Assembly: GCA_963755915.1 (NCBI GenBank)
Contig: CAVWLP010000003.1
Location: forward strand, 768,001-832,000
Direction of reading: 5' to 3'
DNA: 64,000 bases
Source: an uncultured Phycisphaerales bacterium
Lineage (GTDB): Bacteria; Planctomycetota; Phycisphaerae; Tepidisphaerales; Tepidisphaeraceae
Part shown: positions 33,067 through 41,512 of the stretch, one piece after another
Numbering within the stretch: position 1 is the first letter of the stretch
How the letters are laid out: every line of letters begins with the position of its first letter
The notes under the pieces: generated by a model
The model's database searches: none
The model's input: only the letters and a program-made list of their open reading frames with translations
Told to the model about the DNA's origin: nothing
Position numbers and translations under genes: made by a program

Positions 33067-33852
33067 TCATTCATCCAGCTCCGAAGCATGCCAATGGCGA
33101 AGCAGCAGTTTAGCCGCCGCATTTATCGCCGCAAACATCGCCAGCCCCAGCAGCGACGCAATCAGCACCGCCGCGAAAACCAAATCCGTCCGTCCCTGCT
33201 TTTTCGCCGAAACGATCCTCACCCCCAGCCCCTCCCCCGGCCCAAACAGCCCCACCAGAAATTCCCCCACCACCGTCCCAATCACCGCCAGCCCCGCCGC
33301 CACCCGCAGCCCCGTAAAAATGCTCGGCAGGGCGGATGGCAGCTTCAATTTCCATAGCCGCGCCCACCTCCCCGCCCCATACAGCCGAAACAAATCCTCC
33401 AGCGCAGGATCGGTCGACATCATCCCCGCCAGCGTATTGGCGATCACCGGAAACACCGAAACGATAAACGCCGACAGCGCCACCGCCCCCAGCCCCGGCC
33501 CGCACCAGATCATCAGCAGCGGCGCGATCGCCACGATCGGCACCGTCTGAAAAAAAACTGTGTACGGATAAATCGCCCGCCGAACCAGCGGCCACGCCGA
33601 CAAAATCATCCCCGCCCCAACCCCCAAAACCCCGCTCGCGAAAAATCCCATCAGCGCCGCCTCCGTCGTCGTCCAAAGCGACGCCGCCAAATCCCCCCGG
33701 CGCAATATCATCACCCTCGCCACCGCCCCCGGCGTCGGCAGCAAAAATGGCTCGTTCAATGCACTCGCCCCAACATGCAGCGCAATCACCGCGGCGATAA
33801 ACACCACCACCGGCGGCCAAATCGCGCCGAAAATCGATCCCGTTCCCTTCAA
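33067..33852 (-). CDS. NitT/TauT-family ABC permease
   Basis: QTVPIVAIAPL, LPSALPSIFTGLR, GTVVGEF. Confidence 0.92.
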   Translation of the reverse strand: MKGTGSIFGAIWPPVVVFIAAVIALHVGASALNEPFLLPTPGAVARVMILRRGDLAASLWTTTEAALMGFFASGVLGVGAGMILSAWPLVRRAIYPYTVFFQTVPIVAIAPLLMIWCGPGLGAVALSAFIVSVFPVIANTLAGMMSTDPALEDLFRLYGAGRWARLWKLKLPSALPSIFTGLRVAAGLAVIGTVVGEFLVGLFGPGEGLGVRIVSAKKQGRTDLVFAAVLIASLLGLAMFAAINAAAKLLLRHWHASELDE

Positions 33853-34598
33853 GCCTTCCCCCCAGATTCCCCTTTCGCCAGCGCTTCATAAATCTTCCGC
33901 GTAATCCCCCCGAATTCCCCTGACGACCGCACCCCCGCCTCCCGCTTCTCCCCCAGCCCAATCTCAATATCCGCCGCAATCCGCGCCGGCCGGCTCGTCA
34001 GCACCACCGCACGATTCGCCAGAAACGTCGCCTCCGCCGTCGAGTGCGTGACGAAAATCACCGTCATCCGGTGCCGCACCCAAAGATCCCGAAGCTGCTC
34101 ATCCAGCCGCTGCCGCGTGATCTCATCCAGCGCCGCGAACGGCTCATCCAAAAGCAAAATATCCGGCCGCGTCACCAGTGCCCGCGCCAGCGAAACCCGC
34201 ATCTTCATCCCCCCCGAAAGCTGATTCGGAAATCTCTCCAGCGCCTCCTCCAGCCCCACCTGCCCCAGCGCCTCCCGCGCCGACCCAATTCTTTCCGCCT
34301 TCCCCACCCCCATCAATTCCAGCGGCAGCGCCGCATTCCCCACCACGTTCCTCCACGGCAGCAGATGCGCATCCTGAAAAACATAAGCAATCTTCCCCGC
34401 CCCCTTCTCCACGGCCCCATGACTCGCCCGCTCCAGCCCCGCGATAATTCTCAGCAGCGTAGACTTCCCACACCCCGACGGCCCCAGCACCGCCACAAAT
34501 TCCCCATCCCCAATCCCCAGCGACAAATCCTCTATCGCCACCACCCCGTTCTCAAAAACCTTCCGCAAATGATCAATTCGCATCGCCCCGGCGATCAT
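33849..34598 (-). CDS. NitT/TauT-family ABC ATP-binding protein
   Basis: GPSGCGKST, LSGGMKMR, LLDEPFAALD. Confidence 0.94.
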   Translation of the reverse strand: MIAGAMRIDHLRKVFENGVVAIEDLSLGIGDGEFVAVLGPSGCGKSTLLRIIAGLERASHGAVEKGAGKIAYVFQDAHLLPWRNVVGNAALPLELMGVGKAERIGSAREALGQVGLEEALERFPNQLSGGMKMRVSLARALVTRPDILLLDEPFAALDEITRQRLDEQLRDLWVRHRMTVIFVTHSTAEATFLANRAVVLTSRPARIAADIEIGLGEKREAGVRSSGEFGGITRKIYEALAKGESGGKA

Positions 34599-34601
34599 AT
34601 C

Positions 34602-34627
34602 GTGTAGCCGCCGAGCTTGCTCGGCGC
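34602..34627 (+). repeat. GTAG-type REP hairpin with empty loop
   Basis: GTGTAGC-CGCCGAGC-TT-GCTCGGCG. Confidence 0.8.
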
Positions 34628-34800
34628 TCTCCGCACTTTTTCCCCTGTCTTTCCCTGAGCTCGAAACTCCTCAGCGCCTGTCACGGGGCGCGCCAAAACC
34701 AGCCAGGGCGGGGCGCTTCAAAACCGGCCAATGTGCTGACGTATTCTATACCGCATCCGTTCTATCCGACGCAACTGTTCCTTGAGTTATTGGTCCCCGT

Positions 34801-35691
34801 TCACGCCGTCTGGCCGGCGGATACCCCCACATCAGAAGACAACGGCGGCTCTGTCACGGTGTCTTCCGGGGGGGAGCACCCTTCATCGCCGGCGGTACTC
34901 CGCCGTCCTTTTGGATTTGTCTTTTCCGGTGTCCCGGATTGGCCTGCCGTGAGCGAAGTCGAATGGCCCCCATGCCGAAGGCGGTAGCTCTTGCCGGTGA
35001 TGTTGATGATCGTGGCGTGCTGCAGGAACCGATCCAGAATGGCCGTGGCCGCCGGCACGTCGCCGATCAGCTTGGCCCAGTCCTCCAGTGGACGGTTGCT
35101 GGTCATCATCGTCGAGCGGTTCTCGTGCCGGCGCATGACGATCTCCAGCAGGCATTCGCCGCTGCGCCGCGGAAGCTGCTTCATTCCCATGTCGTCGATG
35201 ATAAGCAGATCAGGCTTGAGATACCGGGCCAGCGTCTTGTCCTGGGCTCCCAGATCCTCGTCGCCTAAAAAGTCGCGGGCCAGGTCGAAGATGGATCGGT
35301 ACAGGACCACCAAGCCGCTCTTGATCGCCTGGTGTCCGATGGCCTGGGCCAAAAACGATTTGCCCACGCCGGGCGGACCCAGCAAGAGCACGTCACGTTT
35401 GTCACGAATGAACTGGCCGGCGGCCAGATCGTGAATCTGTTTGCGTTTGATGGAGGTGTTGAAGGAGAAGTCGAACTCGTCGAGGTTTTTGGTGTCGCGG
35501 AACATCGCCGCCTTGACGCGCCGGCCGATCTGCCGGCTGGATCGGACGTTCAGTTCATCCTGAAGGATCAGTTCCAAAAACTCACTGTGGTCGAGCCGAT
35601 TGCCGGCCGCCTCGCTCAGGCGAACTTCAAGGCTGCTCGCCAGACCTGAAAGCCGAAGTTGCTTGAGCGTCTGCATCAACGAAGGTCTCAT
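34801..35691 (-). CDS. istB: IS21 helper ATPase
   Basis: GPPGVGKS, LLIIDDMG, TSNR, AILDRFL, GKSYRL. Confidence 0.96.
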   Translation of the reverse strand: MRPSLMQTLKQLRLSGLASSLEVRLSEAAGNRLDHSEFLELILQDELNVRSSRQIGRRVKAAMFRDTKNLDEFDFSFNTSIKRKQIHDLAAGQFIRDKRDVLLLGPPGVGKSFLAQAIGHQAIKSGLVVLYRSIFDLARDFLGDEDLGAQDKTLARYLKPDLLIIDDMGMKQLPRRSGECLLEIVMRRHENRSTMMTSNRPLEDWAKLIGDVPAATAILDRFLQHATIINITGKSYRLRHGGHSTSLTAGQSGTPEKTNPKGRRSTAGDEGCSPPEDTVTEPPLSSDVGVSAGQTA

Positions 35692-37373
35692 GGGGTGGAC
35701 TCCCTTCGGCTCTGCTCAGGGCAGGCCTGTAAAGGTTGTGCGGCAGGCAAAGCCTCCGCTTGGGTGATTGCGTCGCGTACGAACTGTCCGTAATCGGCCA
35801 GTCCGCGGATGATTGGATGTTCCTGAACAAACTCGAAGTGTTGTTGAACCGGCGCGCCGTTTTGGTGTTCGATGAGCTGCCGCAGGGAGCGCAGGTGATA
35901 CGCGCCATGCCCCAGAGCAATCTCGCAGGCTCGTTCCACGGCCGGTCGCGGCTGCTGATTGGCCAGCGACAGCAGCCCCATCAACACGCGCACGCCTTCG
36001 ATGCCGCGATGCTGAAGCATTGACTGCGCCCACTGCGTGGCGTGCGGCCCGATGCATTCGATCCGCTGGAGAAGCCAGGTCGTTCCACGCTCGATGCCGC
36101 TGATCTTCTCCGGCAGGATATGGGCGTCTTGCGTCGAGAACCTGCCCGGCGGACGCTGCGCGTGCAGAGCGATCGCACGCATCTTCTGATCGAACAGCCG
36201 GACCGTGCGCCCGTCCCACCGCGCCCAGACCCGCTGGCCCAAAAACTCCGGCGGGACCGAATAGTACGCCCCCTTGATCTCCACGTGCCCGTCGCGGTGA
36301 ACACTGCGCAACGCCTCGGTGAAAAGATCGAATCGCACCGGCGGCAGAGCCAACAGTGCCGGCTTCTCTACCTGCTCGAAGACTTCCTTCACCTGCCGCC
36401 GCGTCGTGCCGTGGATGCGCGTGTCGGCCACGCTCTTCTCCCACGTCAGCAGATGCGCGTTCTGATCCGAGAGCGAGGCGAATTGCCGGCCTTTGAGAGC
36501 ATTGCTCTTCACATAGCCGATGCCCCGCTCGATCTTCCCCTTGTGCCGCGGCGTGTACGGCTTGGTGGGCAGAATGGCGATTCCATAATGTTCGGCGAAC
36601 GACCGGACCTTGGGACACAACTCCGCCTCGAACCAGTCCGCCCGCGTCACCGCCGCGCGAAGATTGTCGATCACCAGCGCTGACGGCATCCCGCCGAAGT
36701 GCGTAAAGGCATTTTCCAGACAACGCAGAAAATCATCGGTCGTCTGCCGCTCCACCGCCTCGGCGTACCCCTTGCGGCTGTGGCTCAGCACAATGCGGAA
36801 GACCCAGGTTGCTTTGCGTTTGCCGTCAGGACCGACCAGGGGCGCACCCCGGCCGAAGTCCACCTGCCCTCGGCTCCCGGCTCGCATTCCATCCGGCGCA
36901 CGCTGTAATAGCTGCCGGCATAGCCGTGATCGCTGGAGATGTCTTGATAAATCCGCTGGGCCGTCAGCCCGGCTTCCAACTTCTGAACAATGACCTCACG
37001 CCAGGGCGATGCCGTACTGACCGACCCGATGGGCGCGCCGGATAACCCGGTGGGCGCGCTCTCCGAGCCGCCTGCGGCGAGCACCGTCGAGCCGCCTGCG
37101 GCGAGCACCGTCGAGCCGCCTGCGGCGAGCACCGTCGAGCCGCCTGCGGCGAGCACCGTCGAGCCGCCTGCGGCGAGCACCGTCGAGCCGAGGGGCGCGC
37201 TGGCCGGTTTTGAATCCGATCCGGGCACCGCAGGATCGCCGCCCGACAACCGGATGTGGCGTCCAACGGTCTCCCGGTGAACGCCGAGTTGGCGGGCGAT
37301 GTTCCGATTGGACCAGCCGCTGCGCAAGTGCCAAAATTGCTTGTACTTCCGCCATCTTGAGTTGATTGGCCAT
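35688..37373 (-). CDS. istA: IS21 transposase (frameshifts ~37325 and ~36875; 24-nt repeat insertions)
   Basis: N-terminal HTH (IARQLGVHRETV), QVDFG, DNL, KGKIER, RIHGTT. Confidence 0.92.
37070..37189 (+). repeat. 5 perfect tandem copies of the 24-mer GCCTGCGGCGAGCACCGTCGAGCC
   Basis: Direct reading; encodes (GSTVLAAG)5 in istA. Confidence 0.97.
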
Positions 37374-37572
37374 CCCACCATTGGCTTGCGGCAACCGCCG
37401 AAAGCCAAGGTCGATAACCCAATCTCCTGTGCCTCAAAATGGCCGGTTTTGGCGCGCCCTCAATTGGCCGGTTTTGCGCCCCATGACACAGCGCCCCGCC
37501 GCCGAAAGCACCGGAGGTGCTTGGGCGGTACTCCGCGAAACGTGGGCCGGAGGCCGTCCCTAACTTCTCCCC

Positions 37573-37622
37573 GTGTAGCCGCCGTGCTTGACTTCGGTGA
37601 GCTGTCTCGAACCGCACGGCGC
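37573..37622 (+). repeat. GTAG-type REP with a 24-nt element in its loop (37590-37613)
   Basis: GTGTAGC-CGCCGTGC-TT-[GACTTCGGTGAGCTGTCTCGAACC]-GCACGGCG. Confidence 0.85.
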
Positions 37623-37859
37623 TTTCCCGCCAAATACCTCAAGGCCGCCCCCGACCGTCACAAGGCCAGCCAAGTGCCACCGCGGCGGAACCGCGTTTTA
37701 TATTCGAGTCAACGCCTCTTCTCGTCCCCCAAACCATAACCGAAAATACTCTTCCTTCTTTTTACGATGTAAATCCGACCGCTTCGCTCCAATAAATGTG
37801 GGGAATCCCACTCATAAATTCTTCCTCTTTCTTGGCATCTTGGCGTCTTCTATGAGCCG

Positions 37860-38060
37860 AGCCTTGTCAAGGGGCGTTGATCGCTCATGCGGTCGATTGG
37901 GTGAGCCTTCTATTCAGTGCTCTCGCCTGGCGGCGGGCCTATTCAACTGTACAAATGGCCAGCCCTATTCTTAGCGGCAAGCTTTGAAGCTTAAGACGCC
38001 AACCGGGGTCTGGCCTTGCTCATTCAACCTGCACGAACGCGTCAATTCCACTTCACTTCA
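37860..38060 (-). ncRNA. putative bridge/seek RNA of the IS110 element
   Basis: Internal loop with guides matching both halves of the insertion site (37993-38002 and 37970-37977); RNA ends uncertain. Confidence 0.8.
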
Positions 38061-38175
38061 ACTCTACTCAATCCCCTGCACAGAAGACAACGGCTTTCTG
38101 ACACGGTGTCTTCCGGAGGGGAGATACTCCATCGCCTGTACCGACTTGTCGGGACAGTCATCGCCTTTTCGATTT

Positions 38176-39219
38176 TCAAGTGGCCGCCGTCAGCGATCGC
38201 TGGGGTTCTCTCCATCGGGTTCCGTCCCGCAGCATCGCCCACAGCTTCACCAGTAATCTCCTGGCTACCGCAACAATCGCGATCTTCTTGCGCTTCTCGC
38301 TGTCACGTAGAACCCTCTCGTACACGTCCTTCATCCACGTATTGCGATGAACCCCCAGCCACGCCACCTCCACCAGCAACTCCCGCAGCAGCGCGTTGCC
38401 TGCCTTGCTGATCCGCCCCTGGCGATCGCTGTCGCCGCTCTGCCAGCGCCGCGGCGTCAGACCCACGTAACATCCCACCTGACGTGCATTCTTGAATCGC
38501 CTGGGATCATCAATGATCACCGCCACCGCCTCGCTCAGCCGCGGACCAACGCCGGGCACCTCCTGCAATCGTTTCACCGCTTTGTTGGCCTGGCCCAACT
38601 CCTGAAGCTTGCTTTCGACAGTTTCGATCTGCTTCTCCAGGTGCTCCAGTTGCGCCACCTCACAACCGATCTGAAACAGCCACAGATCTTCCGCCGATGC
38701 GGCCGCTGCTTCCTTCCTCATTTCCTCCAGTCGCGCTTTCGTCCACGCCTTGGTCGCCGAGGGCAAATACAAACCCTGCCGCTCGTAGATTGATCGGATC
38801 GAGTTCTTGAGCGCCGTGCGGCGATCCACCAGGCCGTGTCTGTATTCAATCAATGAACGCCACTGCCGAACCGATGCCTTGGGCACGTGCACCGTCGGCA
38901 GCGAATCCATCTCCGACATCGCCGCCATCTTCAGCGCGTCTTTACGATCACTCTTCTCCTTCACCGTCTTCCAGCGCCAGCGTTCATCGTTGCCATTGGC
39001 CACCTGGACGGGAACATTGTTCCGCTCCGCCAGATCACAAACCCATCCTGCCGCCGGACCGGCCTCGATGACCAGTCGATCCGGACGCACCCGCTCGAGT
39101 AGTTTTTGCACCTCGTGGGCATTGGTGCCGATCTTGCCGAACGTTCTTTCTCCACCGCCGGTGACATAATCCACAAAAACGCTCTTGTTCTTTCCCAGGT
39201 CCAAAGCGAGAATTCGCAT
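38176..39219 (-). CDS. IS110-family recombinase/transposase
   Basis: DEDD residues (ALDLG, VIEAG, KSDRKDA), VPGVG, YVGLTP, WQSG catalytic-Ser motif, KIAIVAVARRL. Confidence 0.96.
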   Translation of the reverse strand: MRILALDLGKNKSVFVDYVTGGGERTFGKIGTNAHEVQKLLERVRPDRLVIEAGPAAGWVCDLAERNNVPVQVANGNDERWRWKTVKEKSDRKDALKMAAMSEMDSLPTVHVPKASVRQWRSLIEYRHGLVDRRTALKNSIRSIYERQGLYLPSATKAWTKARLEEMRKEAAAASAEDLWLFQIGCEVAQLEHLEKQIETVESKLQELGQANKAVKRLQEVPGVGPRLSEAVAVIIDDPRRFKNARQVGCYVGLTPRRWQSGDSDRQGRISKAGNALLRELLVEVAWLGVHRNTWMKDVYERVLRDSEKRKKIAIVAVARRLLVKLWAMLRDGTRWREPQRSLTAAT

Positions 39220-39404
39220 TGCCGAGTCCTTTCTCAAAAAAGACGTTTGAGCGACCTACGCGGTACGCTCGTTCATACTTGGGGCATTTTGACCCCGTTC
39301 ACGTCCCGAGAAAGGCTCGGCTTCATAGTTTCTTGGCGGTTATAAGATTTTTAACCGCCAAGACGCCAAGAGCGCAAGAAAGAAGCAGATAAAAAGAAAT
39401 TTAT

Positions 39405-40516
39405 TTAGAGCGTGCGCTTAAACAGCAACGTCGCAAACCCCAACGCCAGCAGCGAAAAAATCGTCAGAAACGCCAGATCCTGCCAGATCGCTATGAGCCC
39501 TGTGTTCTTGAGGATCAGCTCCTTAAACCCATGCACGGCATACGTAAACGGATCGACCACCGCAATGCACTTCATCCAGGTCGGAAACGACTCCTGCGGA
39601 TAAACCGCCCCGCTCGGAAAATACAAAACCGTATTCAGCATCCCGAAAATCGCCCGCGGCACCAGCGGATCGTTCACCCGCACCATGATCAAAAACATCA
39701 TGCTGATCAGCGCCATCGACGTGGCAACCACCAGAATCATCAATTTCAACATGCGGACCGGATTAAGCGGGTCCGGTATACCCGCGATGAGCGAACCGAT
39801 GGTAACCAGAACCAGCCCCGCGATGATCGCCTTGGCAGCCCCCGCAAAGGTGAAACCAAGGATCAGCTCAACCTTGCGGATTGGCGTCACGAGATATCCT
39901 TCGTGCAGCCCGCGCGCCTTATCGTCGATGAAGATGATCCCACCGCCGATCATCGCCGAGACGAAGATCGACAGCGTGATGATCCCCGGCAAAAGGAACT
40001 GGATATACGGCACATACGGATAGACCTCCACGACGTTCAGCGTCGCATCCGCTGTCGTGCGCCAGGCACTTGCGGACCATTGTACGTCTGAAGCATCGAC
40101 CCAATACTCGCTTCCAGGGCATCGGATGAGAACTGGTCCGTGTTATCGACCACCACCGCGATCTGCGGATTGGCGCCCGCCAGGACTTTCCGCGAAAAAT
40201 TGGGCGGAATGTTCAGCACGCCCTGGATCTTCCCATCCCGCAAATCGCGCACCGCCACCGCATTGTCGGAGTAAGGGATGGTGTCGAAAGTCCGGGCATT
40301 CGCCGCGATCGCCTGGCACATCTCCTTGATCTTGATCGCCGGAACCCCGTGGTCCTGGTCCACGACCCCCACCTTCATGTTCTTGATCTTCCCCCCGAAC
40401 GCATACCCCAGCACGATGAGCTGCACCAGCGGCATGATCATCGAGACGATCATCAGCACCGGGCTGGCCTTAAATCGCCGAAGGTCGCGCTCGATGATGG
40501 CCCAGATTCGATGCAT
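39405..40516 (-). CDS. ABC-2 type exporter permease (frameshift ~40050)
   Basis: Multi-TM; FPSGAVYP, PFTYAV. Confidence 0.9.
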
Positions 40517-40521
40517 GCTCG

Positions 40522-41509
40522 TTATCCTCGGCGAAGTATGAACGGACTGTTCGCCGCGTCCGCCGTCTGCAGGGCGTCGCGAAGCTGGTGCCCCGTGTAA
40601 TAAACGAAAACGTCGTCCAGCGTCGTGCTCTGCACCGACAGAGAATTGATCCCCACCTTGTTGTCCCGCGCCGTCTCCAAAAGTGCCACCGTCGTTCGCG
40701 GACCGTTATTGGAAGAGATTCGGTAAATATTTTCCTCCTGTTTCACTTCCGCCACTTCCGGAAGCCCCTGGAGAATCCCCAGCCAGTTCGCCGGCGCCGG
40801 AGCAACTGACCTCAAGAATATTTTTCCCAGGGATCGAGGCCTTGAGCTTCAGCGGCGAATCGAGCGCGACCAGCTTGCCGTGATCGACGATGGCAATCCG
40901 ATCGCAAAGCTTGTCCGCTTCATCCATGTAATGGGTGGTGACGAGAATCGTCAAATCCCGCTGGCTTTTCAGCCGCGTGAGCATCTCCCACACCGACACG
41001 CGCGACACCGGATCGAGCCCCGTCGTCGGCTCGTCGAGGAAAAACAGCCGCGGCTCGTGCACCAGCCCGCGGGCGATTTCCAGCCGCCGCCGCATGCCAC
41101 CGGAGAAATTTTTCACCGGCTTGTCCGCCCACTTTTCCAGGTCCACGTCCTTGAGCAGTTCCTCGATCGTTTGTTGCCGTTTCTCGCGGGGAATCCCGTA
41201 AAGTTTCGCGAAGATGCTCATGTTTTCCCTGGCGCTGAGGTCCTGGTCGGACGTCATCGCCTGCGGAATCACCCCGATCGACTGCCGCACGTCGTTCGCC
41301 TGCTGAACGATGTCGAACCCGTTGACCCGCGCCTTCCCCGAGGTTGGCGGGACCAGCGTCGTCAGCATTCGGATGAGAGTCGATTTACCGGCGCCGTTGG
41401 GCCCAAGCAGCCCGAATACTTCCCCCTGCTCCACGGAGAAATTGATCGCATCGACGGCGGTGAAGTCGCCGAAGCGCTTGGTGAGGTTTTCAACTTCAAT
41501 CGCCAGCAT
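40522..41509 (-). CDS. ABC exporter ATP-binding protein, DrrA-like (frameshift ~40800)
   Basis: GPNGAGKST, FSGGMRRR, LDEPTTGLD, TTLDDVF. Confidence 0.92.
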
Positions 41510-41512
41510 GGA

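Larger units (their letters stand above)
34679..37488 (-). mobile_element. IS21-family insertion sequence (2810 bp)
   Basis: TG...CA ends, inverted repeat TGTCAYGGGGCGC, internal AAAACCRGCCA repeats, 7-bp target duplication CAGCGCC (34672-34678 and 37489-37495), istA and istB. Confidence 0.97.
37849..39333 (-). mobile_element. IS110-family element, IS1111-type organisation (1485 bp)
   Basis: Subterminal inverted repeats CTATGA(A)GCCGAGCCTT; CT core at both junctions; long non-coding end 3' of the gene; splits one arm of a palindromic repeat. Confidence 0.93.

Noticed and set aside
34640-34680. Hammerhead core (CUGAGGA...GAAA) or glycine-riboswitch-like end on the minus strand
   Set aside because: Stem II closure and the other core elements are missing; CTGAG/CTCAG forms a simple hairpin.
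37070-37189. CRISPR array
   Set aside because: The units are contiguous with no spacers, and there are no cas genes in the window.
37521-37562. T-box antiterminator-like sequence GGGCGGTAC...CGTCCCT
   Set aside because: It has CGGT instead of the required UGGN, no recognisable stem I, and no amino-acid gene downstream on that strand.
38119-38137. Fluoride riboswitch-like GGCGATGGAGT start
   Set aside because: The P1 and pseudoknot partners are absent and no fluoride-related gene follows; it is part of the shared IS motif instead.
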